From contig CM041465.1 of assembly GCA_023213395.1 (NCBI GenBank), positions 18,724,001 to 18,788,000 on the forward strand: a stretch of DNA of 64,000 nucleotides. Direction: 5' to 3'. Below are positions 53,693 to 64,000 of this stretch, in pieces (position 1 is the stretch's first letter; every line of letters begins with the position of its first letter). The notes below the pieces were generated by a model, which worked only from the letters and a program-made list of their open reading frames with translations, was not told where the DNA came from and made no database searches. The DNA comes from Cycas panzhihuaensis. Taxonomy: Eukaryota; Plantae; Cycadophyta. The translations under genes were made by a program, and so were the position numbers.

Positions 53693-55574
53693 GTTTTGCT
53701 ACCATATAGGTGTTTCTCAACTGCTTGGAATGACATGGACACCACAACAAATAAGTAAGTGAAGGTATATTTCACATCTCTACATATTTTATTATTTTCT
53801 TATATCATGATTTTAGATTATTGACATATATTTTGCTTGATTTCTTATTGACTTAAGTAAGATCCATGGATTTGCTTCCCTTGTTTTCTCCTATATTGTA
53901 GCCTAAAACCCAGCCCCCTCAACCTAACCCTTAGCTATTTATCCTAAACATTTTCTATTATAAGGGAAGGTCAAGTTGTTATGTCATGGTAATGCCATTA
54001 TATTATCAGAATTCTAAGAGGAATTAGTTGCCTGTTAATCTACCACTTTCACTTATATGATTGCTAGAGATTGACCTTACAACATTACTAGAGTGCCTTC
54101 AACTGGAGAAAGTTTAGCTATTAGCATCATCCTTACTTATTGGGATGAGTAATCCTTCCATAACCTTGTTGGTAAGTTAGTTTTTCATTCCATTTGAATT
54201 TACTTATCTCATTTAGATAAGCTAAGCATTGCTTGGCCCATCTTACCTCTTGCTTATTTTGCTTTCCTCCTTTTATTATTTGGCCTATAGGATTAAAAGG
54301 AATTATAGGGAAAAATTGGCATCCAAGTACTAATTAAATGCTTGTGATATTTAGGAGATTATAGAGATATATTTGAGGCTCCTATCATCTTTCTCTTACC
54401 AAGTTTATTTTGCATACTTTGATTGAATGCTTATTACCATCTCCAAATGATATATTCCTATAGTATGGTATTTCTTGGAGCTTACTAGCTATTATTCTTA
54501 TAGGTGGAAGCACTTTATAATTATTGTAGGTATTCGAAGACTAAGGATCTCTCTTATTTCCAAACCATACTCACTCTTCTTTATTACATCATTCACATCA
54601 AGGAAAAAGAACTAGGCTACATCTATAAATGGTAAGCCTAACCCACTCTTATTGCCCATTTCCTTGCATTTTAAAGTTTTATAGTAAGTATTTTTCATCA
54701 TACTATGATCTAACAAACTAAAATGCTGCCAAAGTTTTTGTAGAAATATCATGTTTAAGGATCATAGTTGTTTGAGAACATTAGAGAATATTTTTATATA
54801 CCAAGGGAGTAGTAGGATTCAAGATTCATTCCACGTAAATCCTAAGTACCTCTTCTCCCCTTGTCTCTTTATTTTAAGCAAAAAAAGAATATAAGCAAAG
54901 AGGAAAATAACAAGAGGAAAAAACATTAGACTCTCTTTGCCCTAGTTTCTTTCATTCCTCAAAGAAAAAGAAAGACGTTATTTTTCTCTTATCTTTGTTC
55001 TCCTTTTTCCTTCTTTCTAAACAAATAGAAAAAGAAAAAGAAAAAGAAAGAAAGTTTTTTCTTTTCTATTTCTCTTCTTTCCTATTAAAAATATAAAAAG
55101 AGAAAAAAAAAAAAAACTCCAAAACCCCCCAAAAAGAAAAAGCATCATTTTTCTTTTATTACACATTACATTGCATTGTTTTCACCTCAAAATAGAATTG
55201 TGTGATTTCATAAGAAAGCCCAAGTAAAAGAGAGGATCATGTAGTTGCAAGTCCTTGAACTTGTTAGGCTACATTGTGCTTATTAGTTTGGTTGACTTAT
55301 TATTTTCATTAATTCAAAAGGGCATATAGCTATATTAGGGGTGTGATCACATCAACTTTCCATACATTAGCTCCCCCCATTGGACCTACATTAGATTTGC
55401 ATATACTGCACACATGTTACCCTATTAATTCACTCAATTGACCACATAAAGGCATTATCAAATGAGAGTGGAATGGGTTATAAAATAATGACAAGCCAAA
55501 GAGAATCAAACTAGAATACTAAAAGATGAATTCATATGACATTAAGCAAGATAAGTATAACTTGCAAGGGGCAA

Positions 55575-56990
55575 TGATACTCATACAACCTAACATTAGA
55601 CCTAGGTTAGAAGGTTTAGGTTAAAGAGAGGAGTCAAGCAACTTCCTCTCATAGATACTCATTCATCACTATGGATGTGAGTATGGAGATAAAGTTAGCC
55701 TAAACTATATGAAAGAAGGTATATACATTTGATTAGGGGAAAGATGAGTAGAAGAAGAAGAGATAAGCTAAATAAACATCTATCTAACATGCAAGATAAA
55801 GTAAATATACAAGCAACTAAAGTATAAAATAAAGAAATGATTATGGGTTTGATATGTAGTATGGTTTCTAGAGATGTAAGCTATACGGGGGTAATACCAC
55901 TTACATAACCTAACACTAGACTTGGGTAGGTCTAGGTCAAAGATAGGAATTATTTTTATGCTTGAAGGGCATAGAAGGGTTATTTTATAATAGGTATACC
56001 TCAACCTATTAATTTTAAAGTTGGAATAGTCATGTGCTTATTACTTGGTTCCTTACAAAAGCCTTCTTAGGATGTTGGGAGGAGATATGAGAGGTTGGCT
56101 TGGCCAATGCTATAAGTGTTAAGTAACTTTCTCTTAGAGACACTCATGCATCAACATAGATGCAAGTGCAAGAATAAAGGTAGCTTAGATTAGACAAAAA
56201 AATATGTGTGTATATAATGGGAGAAATATAGGTAGGAGAAGAAGAGATAAGATAAAAAAACATCTATCCAACATGTAAGATAAAAGCAAATAAGTAAACA
56301 TATAAGTAACCAAAGCATGAAAAGGATAAATAAAAGCTAAATGAATAATTAAAAATAGCCTCATAAGGAACAAGAAACACCTAAGACAACTCTTAGAATT
56401 GAGAAGGGTTAATGGGGTAGTTATGTCGTAAATAATGACAAATCCGATGAGCTTATCCTAATAACTATAATCCTATGATTGTGATTGACCTTTATGTAAC
56501 CCAGCCTCTAAAATGCCACCACTTATTAACTGAATCTATAATAGAAGATAATTGATGTAGAGGAGGAGTGAAGAAGGAATTAACACCATGTAATTGGCCT
56601 AATTATGGGTAAGATATTAGGAACTCCTTTTAGTAATAACCCACCTACAAATATTAGGGTCTAAAAGGTGCCTATATATAATTATAACAAGCCTCCTCAA
56701 CTCTAAGAGGTGAATGAGATGGTAGAAAAACTCTTAACAAGATGTGTGATGCTCACTCAATTCTTCTTATCACACATGGTTAAGATGATCACCCATCACT
56801 AGGCCATTTGGAACATGTGAAATGACACAACTTGACCTCAATTATACAATTACCCTACTCCCTTGGTGATGGAATCTAGGTGGAATACCAAGTAACCTCT
56901 TCTTTGGTGTATGTGAGGACTCTACCCTACTATTGCAAACTGTTAACAGTCTATGAGTGCTTATAGGCATATTTGTAGCACTCCCTTTCC
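55575..56990 (-). repeat. more diverged Tat-LTR-like sequence with internal ~200-bp duplication
   Basis: 55635-55830 repeats at 56120-56330. 56690-56930 aligns loosely with 58535-58780 (CTCTAAGAGGTGAA...CACTCAA...TGATGGAAT). Confidence 0.5.
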
Positions 56991-56991
56991 C

Positions 56992-57120
56992 TCCCTTGTT
57001 TTCATACTTAGTGTTGTAGTGCAGACAACACTGATTACTTTCATCCCTCTCGTAGCGATAGCAGGAGTGGAAAATAGGGAAATGACACTCATCGCATGCC
57101 ACAAAGAGATCGCCATCTAC
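56992..57120 (-). pseudogene. CESA: cellulose synthase N-terminal zinc-finger (zf-UDP) gene fragment
   Basis: [43 protein letters not shown] versus the CesA consensus [44 protein letters not shown]. The first CxxC is absent, two Cys are substituted, and no other CesA exons are seen. Confidence 0.88.
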
Positions 57121-58885
57121 ATAGGTACTATTGTGTATCATTGCTATGTCTTTGGTTTATGTTTTTCATTTTTTTTTTCTTTTTTTTTTTTGTTTAAATT
57201 TTAATGGGAGTAAACTCCACCCCTGAGTGGAGACCCCTCGCCTCCCTTATTGAAGTCATGTGAGGGCGCCTATCGATGTAATGAGAGACTAAGATGAGAA
57301 AGAGAAGAGTATAAAATATAACTATACACTTTTTTCTTTGGTATACACATAACAAAATAAGCTAACATAGATGCAAGGATCTATGATTCCATGGGTTCAA
57401 GGACTCACAACAAGTGCAAGAACCCTCACTCCATATAAGTCAACCTATCAAGCATGATGCAAAAAAGAAGACCTTCTTCAACGTTTTTTTTTAGGTTTTT
57501 TAAATTAGTCTAGAATGCACGATAGGGGTTAAGAATAATAATCGATGTATGCAAGTCTATAATTAAACCAAACACTTATTTTCTTATTTTTATAAAACTA
57601 TATAAAAAAGAATATAAGAAGGATCCTTTACTCTCATTTTTGTTTATTATTTTTTTAATGAAGAGATGTAAAAGAAAAGAAATATTTTTTCCTTTAACTT
57701 TGTTGAAATTAAAGGCAACATGGTTTATCTCTTTTTTTCCTTTTTTTAAATACTATTATGAGGATTTAACTCCACATTTTATATTTGCTAAGCCATGGTA
57801 TAAAAATAAACTAAGATCATGCATTGTAATGTTAGGTAGGTCTATGAATACTAACTCATAAGAAAAAGTGGTCAATCACATGATTCAACTATCAAGCTAA
57901 GGTAAAAAGGTATAATGAAAAATAGGATACACCACAAGCTCCTATGGGGCACTCATGTATCTCATGAATGTAGGTGCAAGGATAAAGGGAAAGCTCTTAG
58001 AATAGGGATAACCTATCAAATATGTGTAATTAGTAACCTAAAAGAAAGTAACTATCAACTAATTATCTAGCTAATGATATAAGTAAGTACATGGAAAGCA
58101 ATAATGTATAAAGAGAAATCAAGGAAAAACTATTAACTAATTAAGAAAATAGAGATAAAATTAATCTACTCTAGTAGCAAGAACCCCTAGAGGGATCAAA
58201 CAACACCTAATAAAATGGCTCTTATGATTTAAAAGTTTCACTAGCATGTATGAACCCTAATTATCAATGTAACTACATGCCTATCCCTAATATAATTATC
58301 CCTCTTGAATAAGATTAACCTATCCTATCCTAGACTCCTAAATGAACCTAGATTATTATACTTAATCTAAAAATAAAAAAGGAACTAACTAGAGCATGAG
58401 GCTTGAAAGAGTTAGGGCCATAGGATCAATCTTCTTAAGGATAAGTTGATGGGGACTCATCAATACATGTGACCCATTATACACAAGTATGAAGTAGCCT
58501 AACAATGCTTGTATCTAACTCTAATAAGCCTTGAGCTCTAAGAGGTGAAATATATAGAGGTTACCACTCTCAATGAGATGTATGGAGTTCACTCAACTAT
58601 TTAAACCATATGTTCAAGTATATAATAGGGATAAACACCCTCCATTAGATTGTTTAGAGTACAAATCAAAGGACTTAACTCACATAAGGGCACAAGATTA
58701 CCCCTCTCTCCTGATGATGGAATTTTGGTAGAGAATAAGTGATCTTTCGCTATCAATGAAGGAACAACCTTATCCTAAGTAGACCTATAAGGAGCAAATA
58801 ATAGACATCTATGATAAAGATAATATGCAACTTTTGATTATATGAAATTAACATAATAAACCCTAGTTAAAATAAGTCCTTTTAG

Positions 58886-62514
<3,629 letters not shown>

Positions 62515-64000
62515 TTTAGCCCTATAGATTTGAGTACTTGCAAGAAATTCTAGCCTCCATTTCATTAGACCTTTACCAAAATGCACATACATAAGCACAT
62601 GTAATATAGAATGTGAGATATATATTTGTTCTTTTCTTTCTATTTTTATATTTTTAATTTTTTCTATAATTTTCTTGTAAAAAACAATGATTGCCTACAT
62701 GCGAGAAGGAAAGGGTAAGAAATAATGTGTCATGAACATATAAGCAATTTTTTCTCTTTTTATTTTAAAATAAAACTATAAATTAAAATACATCTTTTTC
62801 CTTTTCCTTTGGAAAAAATAAAGCCTACAAATAGAGGGTTTGATAAGAAATTCTTGATTTTTGCTTCTAAGTTTTTAGTAATCAAACTTCTCATCAAAGT
62901 AATCTCTCACCATATTGACTCTACCAAAGGGGAAACAAGTAAGATTAGAGGCATATGCATATGTAAAGATTCCTTAAAAAAGTTTGGCAATATCACTACT
63001 TATTGGATCAATCTATAATAAAGAAAAGTTCATTCTAATGATTAAAAATGCCCAAAAATAATTAAAAAATAAGTGTTATAGATTATACTTTCTTGGGTAA
63101 TTCAAGGCAAATTTTGGAACAACCTCCAATTCTTTATAAGCACCAAAAGTTTATGGGAAAGATGGGAAGAATATAAAAAGCTCTAATTAACTCTTAAAGC
63201 CTTCAAACCTATAAGAAAACTTGAAGAATGTGCTCCTCCCCCTAGCAACTTAGTGCATGTATATATATCAAATTTGATAACTTAAAAGCAATGTAACAAA
63301 ATATAAATTACAAATTTTAAGCAACCAAAAGGTTATAATAGATCGAGTCTTACAATTGGTAGGTTTTGTTGGAAAAGGTGATATCTCAAATATGTAATGT
63401 TTAATATAATGTTGTGGATCCATACAAAATTCCACTCACCAAAAGTATTAGTAGATGTGATATAGACAATTATTCATGTACACATCCTATTTCATGATAA
63501 AAAAGCTCAAGATATATTATAGACTATTTATGGGATGACATATCTATAAATATGTACATACACCACTTAATAAATTGAGAAAGATCATTGACTTAGAGAT
63601 GCAATTTATTGAAGATCATAAAGAGGAGCTCCAAACTCCACCCTTCTTCTATAATTTTTTCCATACTAGGCTTTTTACATATAAATCTATTGTCTCTTAT
63701 GATGCATGCATGATTCTTATATTTATACATTATATTTATGATATTACTTAATATATTTATCTTACATACATGAATTATATTAGTGTAATAATTAATTATT
63801 AAACCACTTATTAATATTAATGTGTAGTTTAATTATGTGATTCATGAAAATGTGCAAGTTATTTAGAGGGTCACAACCTTTAAAGGTTGACACTTCATAG
63901 GGGAATATAAATATTTTAGAGTCCATTGTATATTGGATAAGCAATTTAGAATCAATATGATTGAGAGATGTTTTTTTGTGGGTTTTTTCTTGAAAGGGTT

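Noticed and set aside
53700-55380. Possible further accessory-ORF remnant, or a minus-strand LTR after GGGGGGAGCTAA (55367-78)
   Set aside because: Motifs are too weak and mutually inconsistent to assign without a database search.
56842-57141. Intact CesA gene
   Set aside because: Only 43 codons are homologous, zinc ligands are mutated, and no catalytic exons or clear splice sites are present.

Overview
AT-rich, strongly CpG-depleted plant intergenic DNA. The ancient nested LTR elements and GC-hairpin LTRs suggest a large gymnosperm-type genome, but that is inference. No intact protein-coding gene is visible. Most of the window is decayed LTR retrotransposons. A minus-strand Ty3/Gypsy element of the Tat/Ogre type (5' LTR 52061-53692, tRNA-Arg-like PBS, gag/protease/RT/RNaseH/integrase remnants down to ~24050) carries two Ty1/Copia insertions: A (27871-40573, TSD TCCAT) and C (41149-48742). 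Copia B (31266-38989, TSD TGAAG) sits inside the RT of Copia A. Three internally deleted Copia derivatives lie at 10417-14683, 17220-21486 and 58886-62514; the last two look like one non-autonomous family. The most notable oddities are these. (1) The 5' LTR of Copia A is followed by a 96-bp copy of the element's own 3' flank instead of a PBS, rejoined to gag at an 8-bp microhomology. (2) A cellulose-synthase zinc-finger fragment (56992-57120) sits in retroelement DNA. (3) A CpG island at ~2960-3730 has a plausible minus-strand intron. (4) The Copia B leader holds hairpin and palindrome arrays plus gene-like cargo. (5) The Tat LTRs contain a speculative decayed hammerhead-like motif. All coordinates and counts were read by eye.
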